DNA from: a virus | Taxonomy: Duplodnaviria; Caudoviricetes | IMG/VR virus record: IMGVR_UViG_3300025789_000018 | Length of the DNA: 64,000 nt | Direction: 5' to 3' (one strand) | Part shown: positions 8,500-17,688 of the stretch, in pieces | Layout of the letters: each line of letters opens with the position of its first letter | Position numbering within the stretch: the first letter of the stretch is position 1 | The notes under the pieces: generated by a model | What the model was told of the DNA's origin: nothing | What the model saw: the letters and a program-made list of their open reading frames with translations, nothing else | Database searches by the model: none | Made by a program: the position numbers and the translations under genes

Positions 8500-8826
8500 T
8501 TAATGAATAAGTCGCATTCCAAAAGTTATAGCAGTCATGATGATAACACTAATAACAGCAGAGATCCCGCTCAATTTCCACTTCCAGCTTTCAAGATCAG
8601 CGATTCTTTCTATGATCTCATCAAACATTTCTTTATTATATTCTTTAGTTTCCATGTTAGAAGTTTCAATGTGTTCAATTTTAACTTCATGAACAGCAAT
8701 CATTTTCTCTAAAGACACACTAACATCAGTAAGTTTTTCAATAGATGTGTCAATTCTATCGCAAAGATTAGCAATCTGATCAATATCTCTTTCTATTAGA
8801 GAAATTTTAGTATCTAATCCAGTCAT
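8500..8826 (-). CDS. Coiled-coil protein with C-terminal transmembrane helix (holin-like candidate)
   Basis: Heptad-rich N-terminus, WKWKLSGISAVISVIIMTAITFG TM segment; directly follows the spanin pair. Confidence 0.5.
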   Translation of the reverse strand: MTGLDTKISLIERDIDQIANLCDRIDTSIEKLTDVSVSLEKMIAVHEVKIEHIETSNMETKEYNKEMFDEIIERIADLESWKWKLSGISAVISVIIMTAITFGMRLIH

Positions 8827-9083
8827 TATTTTGCCTTACAGAATTTATTGATGTGATTGATTAGTGCGTTTTTATCTAGAATAACAGAATTTAGTCTCTG
8901 GTCATCAGTCAGCCAATATTGTAAAATTTGCTGTTCTGTTAGAGTAGTTTCTTTTATTGGTGGAACAGGCTGCTCCAATACCATAATAGAACTAGGAGGA
9001 TTACAAGAAACCGTAACGATAGGTGCGGGTGTAGCAACACATCCAGCAAGCAATAAAGAAAATACAATACTCAGTTTTTTCAT
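8826..9083 (-). CDS. Outer-membrane spanin (o-spanin, lipoprotein)
   Basis: MKK signal peptide plus LAGC lipobox, Pro-rich linker, C-terminal helix; overlaps the i-spanin stop. Confidence 0.8.
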   Translation of the reverse strand: MKKLSIVFSLLLAGCVATPAPIVTVSCNPPSSIMVLEQPVPPIKETTLTEQQILQYWLTDDQRLNSVILDKNALINHINKFCKAK

Positions 9084-9424
9084 TTCTTAGTTCCACTTCT
9101 AGCAATATTTATCTGAGAAATGACATCCTCATGAATATCGCAGTTGGCATTTACAGGAACTTTTTTGATGATTGTGTGCACAACATCATTTGTTACGACT
9201 TGTATTTTATTCTTTTGGTCTTTAAGCTGAGCAATTTGTACTTCATCATCATCGTATTGTTTCTTCAAATTATCATATTTTATCTTTTCAGCATTATATT
9301 CAGACTTATTGATACTTGCTGAGCATTGTTTCTCTGCTGCGTAGAATCCAGCAAAGAATATTGCTACTAAGAAAAGGATAAAGACGAGGAATTTAATTAA
9401 TTGCCCTAGAGCATCACTGATCAT
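9080..9424 (-). CDS. Inner-membrane spanin (i-spanin)
   Basis: N-terminal TM helix, coiled coil, C-terminal Cys (NANCDI); adjacent to lipoprotein gene. Confidence 0.78.
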   Translation of the reverse strand: MISDALGQLIKFLVFILFLVAIFFAGFYAAEKQCSASINKSEYNAEKIKYDNLKKQYDDDEVQIAQLKDQKNKIQVVTNDVVHTIIKKVPVNANCDIHEDVISQINIARSGTKK

Positions 9425-9798
9425 TTTAACATACCTCTAAAACTTTTAAGAAGAGCTGCTTGACTTTCAGCACCCTTTTTCTGTTTACGCTTTTGCATAT
9501 CACTAAACACAGGAACAATCTTTTGCGGATTATCGCCACCACCAGCTACATTACCTGCAGAATTAGCAGGAGCAGCAGCTGCAGCACCATCTTCAGCGAC
9601 GATGGGTTTAGACTTCTTTGTGAGATTATCAGGAGGTCTTTTAAACTTTTTCTTTGGTGAAGCTACATCATAATCTTTTGGTGCGCTAGGGTAGCCTCCA
9701 GGAGCAGTAGGACCATCAGCAGCGCCGTTGCCGCCGTATCCACCATAGTCGCCTGTATTATAGTCATATGCTTCTAAGAAGTCTTTATAACTTTTCAT
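9421..9798 (-). CDS. Low-complexity protein with capsid-targeting-like leader (probable internal head protein)
   Basis: Starts MKSYKDFLE-A, resembling T4 IP leader MKTYQEFIAE; Gly/Pro/Ala-rich. Confidence 0.55.
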   Translation of the reverse strand: MKSYKDFLEAYDYNTGDYGGYGGNGAADGPTAPGGYPSAPKDYDVASPKKKFKRPPDNLTKKSKPIVAEDGAAAAAPANSAGNVAGGGDNPQKIVPVFSDMQKRKQKKGAESQAALLKSFRGMLK

Positions 9799-10007
9799 GG
9801 TAACATGTCCAATAGTTGTTTTGTTTTAGAGTCTATTGCGCGAACTCTATTGTTTTTAAATTTCTTCTTAGCATCTTGCATATGACGAAGAATGTATAGC
9901 GGCTGATTAATGGAAACTGTAATAGTTTTCCAAGTTCCAGCTATATCCTGAAACTGAATTTCAGCATTTCCTGCTGCCTCAATCATGAATTGTTTTAGAG
10001 TCTTCAT
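9795..10007 (-). CDS. Small protein with capsid-targeting-like leader
   Basis: Starts MKTLKQFMIE-A. Confidence 0.55.
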   Translation of the reverse strand: MKTLKQFMIEAAGNAEIQFQDIAGTWKTITVSINQPLYILRHMQDAKKKFKNNRVRAIDSKTKQLLDMLP

Positions 10008-10399
10008 TAAATGGCCCCCAGGATTAGTTTAATATATTGATCAGATTCTATGTCTTTACTATAAAATGTTTCATTCTTCACACCAATGTTTCTTATCGCT
10101 TCCGGCATAATACCAAGTAATTCAAGAAATGGCTTTAATTGTTCATGTCTATTTTTAATTTTAAGAAACAACATCCGAGCAGTCGGTTCTGCTCCAAACA
10201 AATTATACAGTACAATAATATGGTTCAAAATAAGACGCTCTTTAATTTCGCCTGTTTCAACATACTGATTAAGTAATCTTTTTATATAATTAAACTTCTT
10301 CAAGTCATCATAAAATTCTATTGTGTCATAACACGCATGATTATCATAATGTTTTGCAGCATAAAGAAGAATATTAGACTCGTCAAGTTTTTCAATCAT
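10007..10399 (-). CDS. Conserved T4-like phage hypothetical protein
   Basis: NILLYAAKHYDN...EFYDDLKKFNYIKRLL...ERLILNHIIVLYNLFG, recognised from memory as a family common in T4-like phages. Confidence 0.75.
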   Translation of the reverse strand: MIEKLDESNILLYAAKHYDNHACYDTIEFYDDLKKFNYIKRLLNQYVETGEIKERLILNHIIVLYNLFGAEPTARMLFLKIKNRHEQLKPFLELLGIMPEAIRNIGVKNETFYSKDIESDQYIKLILGAI

Positions 10400-10418
10400 T
10401 TAAGTAATCAATCATAAA

Positions 10419-10817
10419 TTAAGATGCAGTATATCCTTGAGCATTCACATAGACATTACCAGGAACAGAGGTCACAAGCTGAAAGTTCAGCGCATTACCC
10501 AACGAACTGCGTAGAGGAGTAGGCAATTCATACAGAACACCAGTCATTGCTTGTGTTCCCAAACGTCCACGAAAAATTACGGTAGAAGCACCGTCTGTGA
10601 TAGTGAATTCAGTAACATCACCAGTAACATCTTTATCAATAAGAAGAGCGGTAAGGTAGTTTTTTTGGTTTGTAGTTCCTGCAACCAAAACAATAGGAGA
10701 TGTGCTGTTGTTAATACCGCCGCTGGCTGCAGCATATGTCCAATCTAGAGCGCCAGTAGAATAAGGCTTAACAACTTCAACACCATCTGGTGTTGTTACG
10801 CCGGGGAAATATGCCAT
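10419..10817 (-). CDS. Putative virion structural protein (beta-rich)
   Basis: Thr/Gly/Val-rich 132 aa, strong SD, in a block with other structural-type genes. Confidence 0.55.
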   Translation of the reverse strand: MAYFPGVTTPDGVEVVKPYSTGALDWTYAAASGGINNSTSPIVLVAGTTNQKNYLTALLIDKDVTGDVTEFTITDGASTVIFRGRLGTQAMTGVLYELPTPLRSSLGNALNFQLVTSVPGNVYVNAQGYTAS

Positions 10818-10833
10818 TAAAACAGTTCCTTAA

Positions 10834-11253
10834 TTAAAGAATAAACCAACTAGAAGCATTTGAAACAAGTCCAACAGCGGAATACAATGTACTGATTACC
10901 AACGACGAGTTACCGTCGATTTTGTCAGAACCTGTTGTATTGATTGTTACAGTTTGGCCAATATTCTTAACCTGAATAGGAAGATATGGCATACTGCTTG
11001 ATGCTGGTAATGTTATTGTCGAATTTGCTGCGAGAATGATAAAATCGGTATTAGTAACACTATAAGATGTGCTATTAATATTCTTTACTGATACTACTCT
11101 GGGGATAGTCGAAGTATAAGTTGCAATGGTAATTGCATTCACGCCATTAGTTACAGGAGTAGTGTATAACCCTTGGCTTACAGGGAGAACATCGGAATTG
11201 CTCAACCCTGTAGCCGGAGTTAACCCAGATATTTTTACTGGACTGGTAGTCAT
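10834..11253 (-). CDS. Putative virion structural/fibre-associated protein
   Basis: KISGLTPATGLSNSDVLPVSQG N-terminal motif; C-terminal IDGNSSLVISTLYSAVGLVSNASSWFIL beta module. Confidence 0.6.
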   Translation of the reverse strand: MTTSPVKISGLTPATGLSNSDVLPVSQGLYTTPVTNGVNAITIATYTSTIPRVVSVKNINSTSYSVTNTDFIILAANSTITLPASSSMPYLPIQVKNIGQTVTINTTGSDKIDGNSSLVISTLYSAVGLVSNASSWFIL

Positions 11254-11267
11254 ATTCTAATTACCCC

Positions 11268-12206
11268 TTATGAGTTAGGGAATACAGCGTTATCAGCAGG
11301 ATTTTCAGACTTGATATGCATTGCAACTAGAGATTCATACTGAACACGACCAGCACGACCACCAGCAGTTGCGCTAAAGGTAGCACCAGTTCCAGTAATT
11401 GTACCACCAGTAGCATTAGTAGCCACAATATTTGCTGTTGCGTTAACAGCAAGGAAGCCGTAACCATTAGCAGTAATGTTTAGTGCAAGAGAACCACCAG
11501 TTGAGTTTGTTGTGATAGTTACCGAAGCATTACCACCAGCAGCAGGAGAAGCAATTGTTAGCTTATCTGTGTTGCTGTATCCAGTTGCTGTTCCAGTATA
11601 ACCTACAGCAATGATACCACCAGTACCATTTCTTCTTTCGATCCAACCACCAGTAATAGCTTTTCTGACTGAAGAGTTAGCGCGCTGAGCACGAACTTCA
11701 GTAGCATCAACAGCAAAAACACCAACAGCAACTAGGTTCTGGAAAGCATTAACAGTTGTGTTACCATAAAGAATATCACCACGAACTGATGATGCAAAGT
11801 TTACAGAAAACCCAGTTACAGAAGAGTTACCAGCAGCAGTACCACCAGTCGCGTTAGCGATAGAGAAATTGGCTGTCGCAGCATTAGCTGAGAAAGATCC
11901 TCTCGAAACTGCACCAACCTGCTGAATATATCCAGTAGCATTGGTTACCATTGTGTATGTTGCGTTTGCGTAAGTAACTGCAGGAGCAGCTGCTACTACA
12001 GTGATAATATCTGCGTTGTTATATCCAGAACCAGTCGAGAATGAGTTTACAGTAAACACTGTTCCATTCGACGTTGCTGGATTTGATGGTGAAAATAAAC
12101 CACCAGTGTGTGTATATACGTTAGCGTAATTGATAAAAGATGCATCAATTACACCCTTTGATTTAGGTGCATTATTTGCTTGATCTAGACTACCCCAAGA
12201 TGACAT
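11268..12206 (-). CDS. Virion structural protein (conserved termini, Ala/Thr/Asn-rich insert)
   Basis: MSSWG N-terminus, GW..R..G.GG and GGRAGRVQYESLVAM C-terminus typical of a T4-like virion protein family; late promoter CATAAATA at 12233-12240. Confidence 0.65.
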   Translation of the reverse strand: MSSWGSLDQANNAPKSKGVIDASFINYANVYTHTGGLFSPSNPATSNGTVFTVNSFSTGSGYNNADIITVVAAAPAVTYANATYTMVTNATGYIQQVGAVSRGSFSANAATANFSIANATGGTAAGNSSVTGFSVNFASSVRGDILYGNTTVNAFQNLVAVGVFAVDATEVRAQRANSSVRKAITGGWIERRNGTGGIIAVGYTGTATGYSNTDKLTIASPAAGGNASVTITTNSTGGSLALNITANGYGFLAVNATANIVATNATGGTITGTGATFSATAGGRAGRVQYESLVAMHIKSENPADNAVFPNS

Positions 12207-12242
12207 TTTAGTTTCTCCTTAATTTCTTTTTCTATTTATGTT

Positions 12243-12446
12243 TTATTTCGGCGAAAGCATATTTACATAATCTGGGTTTTCAGTCAGAGAAATAGTCACC
12301 GCAGGAGTAGTTAGATTCACTTCAATTTTATCTTCATTACGAATAGTTTTAACTGGTTCGCCGTGTTTGGTTAGCTTTATTTCTGTGCCGTTGATTGAGT
12401 CCAGTTTCACTCCAGCAACGATATATTCTTGATCCTTAGTCAACAT
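12243..12446 (-). CDS. Small hypothetical protein
   Basis: Start reassigned to ATG 12446 (MLTKDQEYIV), overlapping the upstream stop. Confidence 0.6.
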   Translation of the reverse strand: MLTKDQEYIVAGVKLDSINGTEIKLTKHGEPVKTIRNEDKIEVNLTTPAVTISLTENPDYVNMLSPK

Positions 12447-14139
12447 CTTTGTATCTTGATTCCTCAGCTTCCTTGCGGATATTTGACTTAGCTGCCATAA
12501 CCTGCGCAATTTTGGCTTCTAGAGTCAAGTCTCTTTTTGAGTTAGGATTGAAAGGCGAAAGAACATCTGACTGTGTTTCTTCAGTAGCATTTACTTTAGC
12601 TTTACCTGTGATTGTTTTATCTTTATACATCTTCAAACCTTTGACTCTTTTTTTAACAATAGCTTCTGCTTTATCTCGATCATCAACTGTTTTTGCTTTA
12701 AACACACCATGTTGAGCGCGAACACCCGAATCTGCTGCTTTAGGGAAATACTTTTTAACCAGCATTTCTTTTGAGACTTCAGAAACGTATTCTACACCTT
12801 CAGACATAGATACCAGTTTGCCATTCTTGACATGATAATCTCTTACTGTGCGGTCAGCATGCTCAGTAGCTTCATGTCTACCTTCTTTTCCTTCACCATG
12901 GTATGATACTGGACCTTCGCCAAGGTGTTTGCCCATGTGATAGTGGTGGACTTGATATTCCTGCCAGTCTGGATCGTAGCGAACTTCAGCGTGGTGTCCG
13001 TCTGTACCTTCATGTCTTGAAATTAGACGAGTACCTTTTGTTGGACTATCTCCACGAGGACCCTCGACGATAAACTTGTCTAGGTAAGAAACAGTAGATG
13101 CTACATCTTCCGAGATACCCATTAGTTTACCTGCAGCCTTTGCTGTCTTGTGATATGACCCATCTTCAAAATTATGAATTGTGGTTCCGTCGCGGAAGTG
13201 GTGAAGAGCGTCGCTCTTGCCGTGGATCATTGTTGGCCATGCACCAAGCATAGCAGCAACACCACCCTTTACATGGAGAACGTCGCCATCTTTAATCTTA
13301 CCGCTTGTCTGAGTATGGTCATATACTTCGCCGTGATCCATATGACGAAGGTCATGAACTTTTGGTTCTCTTGCTTGTCTTTCGGTTTTACTCTTTTCAT
13401 CTTGACGACGCATAGTTTCTTTGTCTACTGCATCCATTGTTTTACGAAACATCTTTTGGCGAGCAGCTGGCATTTCAGGCTTTACTGTACCTGGTTTATC
13501 ATCAACATGTTTTAGATGCTTCTTCCAAGTTCCATGAACCCATGCTTTTTTCATTTCGTGAGAAATTTCATTAAGGGGAGCGAACTTGTCTAGATATTTA
13601 ACAGTTTCTGTAATTGCCGAAATTTCTTCATTAACTGACTTTGTTTCTGTTGCTTCCGAAACATCACCATCTGACGTTGCAAGATAGTTATAGATGGTGT
13701 CAACATAGTCCTGAGCAAGAGTCAGCTTTGACTCCACCCAATCAGGAAGTTCTTGATCTGTAGGAATTAGACCCATTAGGTTCTGAGCATTCATCACGAT
13801 GCTCTTTAGCTGATGCATAGCCATTTCGCCATGCTTGTATTCTGAATCTTTGGCTTCAGTTTTTAACGACCCTTTAAATGGTGGCAGTTTTGAACTGCGT
13901 GGCTTAACTTCAATTTCTGCTGGAGTTGGCTTAGACATAGTTACCTTATATGTTCTGCCCGTAGAATCCGTATGAGTTGATGTTTTAGCGCCTTCCATTT
14001 TCTTAGCCATAATTTGCTTATAGAGTTGGTCTCCACCTTCCATGATGGCAGAAACATCTACTCCAGCATACTTTTCAGCGAAATCTTCACTGCTTAGGGT
14101 ATCAATATCATTAAGGATTTCAGCTTTAGTAAATGCCAT
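12436..14139 (-). CDS. Large charged, His-rich modular protein; probable internal head/prohead-processed protein
   Basis: GEMAMHQL...LPDWVESKLTLAQDYVDTIYNYL domain; repeated TV(K/S)YLDKF..E and (L/V)xE(I/V)S motifs; late promoter at 14172-14179. Confidence 0.6.
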   Translation of the reverse strand: MAFTKAEILNDIDTLSSEDFAEKYAGVDVSAIMEGGDQLYKQIMAKKMEGAKTSTHTDSTGRTYKVTMSKPTPAEIEVKPRSSKLPPFKGSLKTEAKDSEYKHGEMAMHQLKSIVMNAQNLMGLIPTDQELPDWVESKLTLAQDYVDTIYNYLATSDGDVSEATETKSVNEEISAITETVKYLDKFAPLNEISHEMKKAWVHGTWKKHLKHVDDKPGTVKPEMPAARQKMFRKTMDAVDKETMRRQDEKSKTERQAREPKVHDLRHMDHGEVYDHTQTSGKIKDGDVLHVKGGVAAMLGAWPTMIHGKSDALHHFRDGTTIHNFEDGSYHKTAKAAGKLMGISEDVASTVSYLDKFIVEGPRGDSPTKGTRLISRHEGTDGHHAEVRYDPDWQEYQVHHYHMGKHLGEGPVSYHGEGKEGRHEATEHADRTVRDYHVKNGKLVSMSEGVEYVSEVSKEMLVKKYFPKAADSGVRAQHGVFKAKTVDDRDKAEAIVKKRVKGLKMYKDKTITGKAKVNATEETQSDVLSPFNPNSKRDLTLEAKIAQVMAAKSNIRKEAEESRYKDVD

Positions 14140-14171
14140 GTTCGTTCTCCGAGTGTGTAGGTATTTTGTTA

Positions 14172-14179
14172 TATTTATA
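14172..14179 (-). promoter_or_regulatory. T4-type late promoter TATAAATA
   Basis: Exact consensus ~35 nt upstream of ATG 14139. Confidence 0.8.
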
Positions 14180-14190
14180 AAAAAAGGATG

Positions 14191-14646
14191 TTATCTATTC
14201 TTAATTGTGGCTTTAAACATCCATTGATGCTTATTATGGATGTCAATTCTGTCTTGCAAGAAATTTGCCACACCAACCTCACCTACTTGTTCGGCTAACT
14301 TCTGCGATACTTTTAATCTAGAAATGACCTTATCGTTGTCTTCAGCCAGCTGTTTGATCATATCAAGACCAGTTTCTGGGAATCCAGTTTCGTCTTTTAT
14401 AACAGTAAGTTCAGAATATCTACTGAATGATCCTGGAGCGTATTCTCCAATAGCTCTAATGTGCTCAGCAATAGCATCAACTGCTTCCCATAGCTCATTA
14501 TAGATATCATCCAGAAACTTATGATACTCGTAGAAGTTTTCGCCTTCGACATTCCAATGATAGTTGTGTGTCTTAAGATACAAGGCAAATGTATCTGCTA
14601 AATTCATTCTTAAGTCATCGCCTAATTGTGACATTATTTTCTCCAT
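14191..14646 (-). CDS. dps: Dps-family ferritin-like protein
   Basis: LYLKTHNYHWNVEG..FYEYHKFLDDIYNE...DAIAEHIRAIG: Dps ferroxidase signature (H, HW, H, D, E). Confidence 0.93.
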   Translation of the reverse strand: MEKIMSQLGDDLRMNLADTFALYLKTHNYHWNVEGENFYEYHKFLDDIYNELWEAVDAIAEHIRAIGEYAPGSFSRYSELTVIKDETGFPETGLDMIKQLAEDNDKVISRLKVSQKLAEQVGEVGVANFLQDRIDIHNKHQWMFKATIKNR

Positions 14647-15821
14647 TTTCCACGAATAGCTCTTCCTGTTGTATTCACAGCACGACCTGATGTTGTAACT
14701 AAACGTCTACCAGCAGGAGATGTTGATCCAGTATTTGGATTTGGTGGAGTAGGAGCAGCAGCAGGCGGTCTTTTTGGTTTAGTTGGTGTTGGTGGTGTGG
14801 GTGTTGGGTTCGCTGTTGGTGGCGTTCCCATAACAGGTTTAGCTGGTTTTGTCTTTACTGTTGGTGATGTTGGTTTGGGTGGCTGTTCTGTAGTTGCTGG
14901 TGCTGCAGATTTAGCTGCAAGTTTCTTTCTAGCAACCTCAGCCTTCGCAGCAACATCAGGATGAATAGTAACAGGCGATCCTGCAGTTTGTGTTCTTTTT
15001 GAAGCAGGTCTTTCTGGAGTTACTAGCTTTCTTGCTGCGATAGATTTTTCAATTTCTTTAGCCGTGTCTACTTTAATCTTACCGCGCTCAGCATGTGCTG
15101 CTGTTCTGGCTGCATTAGTAGCCACAACTTGATTTAATTGTGCTTCTCTTTTCGTTTGGTCTTGCTTATGTCTAGCTCTTTGCAGTCTTGATCTTGACAA
15201 AGCAGCTCTGGCAGCAGTCTTTAACCTTAGAGCAGCAGCTGCTTCTCGTTCAGCTTGTCTTGCTTCACGTTTTTTCGCATCAACGCTCAATGATGTTTGT
15301 GTAGACGTTTCGCGTTCTTTCATTCTTTCTGCGCGTTTTTGTGCCTCAGCATCACTTCTCATTTTAATATTCGCTGCTTTTCTAGCTTCTCTATCAGCAA
15401 TTGCAGAAGAACTGATATCAGTTTTTGCTTTATGCTGTCCTAATTTAACATCAGAAAGAGCTTTGTTTAATTCTAATTTAGATTTTTGTTTGCCGTGGAA
15501 AGAAGTATCTCTTTCTGCATTGGCGCTGCTTCTTAATTTGGCAGCAGCTTCTCTATCTGCAGCACTTATCCCAACTTTACTTTGGTGATGCTGAAGTTTG
15601 ATATCATGAATATCTTTAGTATGCTGAAGGCGCGCATTAAGTCTTTCTTTATATGCCTTTTCTTTATCAGTAGGTTTCTTGCGGAAAGGAGAAGCCAGTA
15701 CTGATCCAAGTTTTTTAGCACCTTTAACTACGGATCCAGCGAATCGGCCATTTGTTTTTGATGCATTAACAAAACTAATGGCTTCTAATAGACGCTGGCC
15801 TTTATTTTTATCTTCAATCAT
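14634..15821 (-). CDS. Highly basic Lys/Arg/Ala-rich protein with Pro/Thr-rich tail
   Basis: 395-aa ORF; composition seen directly; potential gp21 site LLE-A near the N-terminus. Confidence 0.6.
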   Translation of the reverse strand: MIEDKNKGQRLLEAISFVNASKTNGRFAGSVVKGAKKLGSVLASPFRKKPTDKEKAYKERLNARLQHTKDIHDIKLQHHQSKVGISAADREAAAKLRSSANAERDTSFHGKQKSKLELNKALSDVKLGQHKAKTDISSSAIADREARKAANIKMRSDAEAQKRAERMKERETSTQTSLSVDAKKREARQAEREAAAALRLKTAARAALSRSRLQRARHKQDQTKREAQLNQVVATNAARTAAHAERGKIKVDTAKEIEKSIAARKLVTPERPASKRTQTAGSPVTIHPDVAAKAEVARKKLAAKSAAPATTEQPPKPTSPTVKTKPAKPVMGTPPTANPTPTPPTPTKPKRPPAAAPTPPNPNTGSTSPAGRRLVTTSGRAVNTTGRAIRGKWRK

Positions 15822-17047
15822 TTCTTGACATATCCCTTGATTCTATTCATTGGTTTTCTAGGTTTAACTGGATCGTTATTCATACCAGCTTCATCACCAA
15901 CAGATAGCTTTCCACCAGGGCCAGCATTACCAGCGAAAGGAACACCACCTCCCATAAAACTTTCTTGACTATACATTCCTTTGCCTGATACAAAATACTT
16001 ACCAGTAGCAGGATCTAATCCAACAACACCGCCATAATATTTGGCCCATTTTCTTGCTGTTTCTAGATTAGAAAATAGTCTACCTTTATTTGGTTTATCG
16101 CTACCAGAATCTTCTTTAACTAGACCATCTTTGGGGCATTTCTTTTTACCATGCTTGGGGCAAGATACACCAGCAGGAGTATGCATGCATGGAGTTGTGT
16201 CTGGAAATTTATCTTGATACTCGCTACCGTATTGGTTCTCGCTACCAGCGGAACCATCAAGATCAGTGAATCCCTCTTTTACTGCCTTACACTTATCACA
16301 ACCGCAAGGCTTTTTTGGCTTTCTTTGTCCACCAAGAGTTTCTGAATTATTCGCAGAAATCCCGCCCATGCCTTCAGCCTGAGCGGGTTCATTCATTTCT
16401 TCGCCGTACATGATACTCTCAACTGCACGAACTAATCTTGCTTGACGGCGACGAGGCATTTGGTCGCCTGCTGGAGTTAAATCTGGTCTATCAGCAACCA
16501 TCTTGTCTGCGCCTAGAAGATGCATTGCCTCATTTTCTTTTGGTCTTGTGAAAGGAACAACAGGTCTGTCTGGAGTTCTTAATTGTTTCTTTCTACGCTC
16601 TTCTCCAGGTTCTTTTGTTGTTGACTTAATTGGTGATTGTCCTGGAGTATCTTTGGCATAAGCATTGACTAGATCAACAGTACCCATTCCACGTTTAATA
16701 GAAGCATCAGTAGCTTCATTAGTATTTCTTGTGGTTGTCTTTACTGGATCAACTCCTGGGGTTGTTCCTTCTTTAGATCTTTTTTCAGAATCAAGAACAT
16801 TTTTTGGAGAGTGTCCACTTAATGCAGTTTTAGTTCTTGCCTGTAGACTAGTATTTTTTTCTGGTCTTTTCTTAGGAAGTTCTGGAGTTTGTGATAGTCT
16901 ATCTTCACCTAAAGGATCGTACGATTCAGTTCTTCTATTATCAATAGTAGGATTAATGATGATGGGTTCTTTCTTTTCTCCGGTCATGGTAAGTCCGCCC
17001 TTACCACTCTGAAGAATCATTAATACCTTGTCTAGAAGTTTACCCAT
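15818..17047 (-). CDS. Low-complexity charged protein with small Cys/His clusters (probable internal head protein)
   Basis: 409 aa; CGCDKCK and CMHTPAGVSCPKHGKKKCP; VxE-type sites (AVE, VKE). Confidence 0.55.
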   Translation of the reverse strand: MGKLLDKVLMILQSGKGGLTMTGEKKEPIIINPTIDNRRTESYDPLGEDRLSQTPELPKKRPEKNTSLQARTKTALSGHSPKNVLDSEKRSKEGTTPGVDPVKTTTRNTNEATDASIKRGMGTVDLVNAYAKDTPGQSPIKSTTKEPGEERRKKQLRTPDRPVVPFTRPKENEAMHLLGADKMVADRPDLTPAGDQMPRRRQARLVRAVESIMYGEEMNEPAQAEGMGGISANNSETLGGQRKPKKPCGCDKCKAVKEGFTDLDGSAGSENQYGSEYQDKFPDTTPCMHTPAGVSCPKHGKKKCPKDGLVKEDSGSDKPNKGRLFSNLETARKWAKYYGGVVGLDPATGKYFVSGKGMYSQESFMGGGVPFAGNAGPGGKLSVGDEAGMNNDPVKPRKPMNRIKGYVKK

Positions 17048-17056
17048 CTCTTATCC

Positions 17057-17674
17057 TTATATTCTTTTTATTGTTATAGTAGTTTTGCCTGTTTCAGAAT
17101 TATGGTGAACATGATGTGCAGTAAATTTAACTTTGGGATATTCTTTTTTCAAACTTAAGAAACTATCTAGATTAGCTTCATCGTCATCATATAAATGCAC
17201 ACTTGTAAGTCCTCTTTCTTTAATTTGGTCTGAAACAATCTTCTTCTTAGCCTCTGGTGTAGGCATATCCAAATTGCCTGCTCTCCGTACATGTATCTTA
17301 TTTATATCTATTCCATATTTCTTAAAATGATCAGCAAAAGTTTGCTTATCGTCTAAGTCAGGACGAGCGGTCAAGAACTGAGCATCACCACCAGTATGTT
17401 GTAGTAGCTTGACCTTCGCTATGATCTTGCGAATTGGTCTAGATTCTGCAAACTTCTTTGCGCTACTAAATTCACTAAAGTCTAAATGATGCCCTGGCTC
17501 TTTCTTATATGTTGTGTATTCATACGGAGTCAAAGATTTAATATGATTTCCATTTGCATCATATACTTGAACTCTTACAGCATTAGGTCCATATGATGGG
17601 TCAAAGGTTGTGCCATCTATGTCAAAATAATGCGCAGCAGCATGCTCGCTAAAGAAATCAGTGAAGATTTTCAT
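17057..17674 (-). CDS. HAD-superfamily phosphatase (RNA-repair/PNKP-phosphatase-like) with capsid-targeting-like leader
   Basis: Motif I FDIDGT, motif II LTAR, motif III K (AKKK), motif IV YDDD; leader MKIFTDFFSE. Confidence 0.78.
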   Translation of the reverse strand: MKIFTDFFSEHAAAHYFDIDGTTFDPSYGPNAVRVQVYDANGNHIKSLTPYEYTTYKKEPGHHLDFSEFSSAKKFAESRPIRKIIAKVKLLQHTGGDAQFLTARPDLDDKQTFADHFKKYGIDINKIHVRRAGNLDMPTPEAKKKIVSDQIKERGLTSVHLYDDDEANLDSFLSLKKEYPKVKFTAHHVHHNSETGKTTITIKRI

Positions 17675-17688
17675 TATAACCTCAATTA

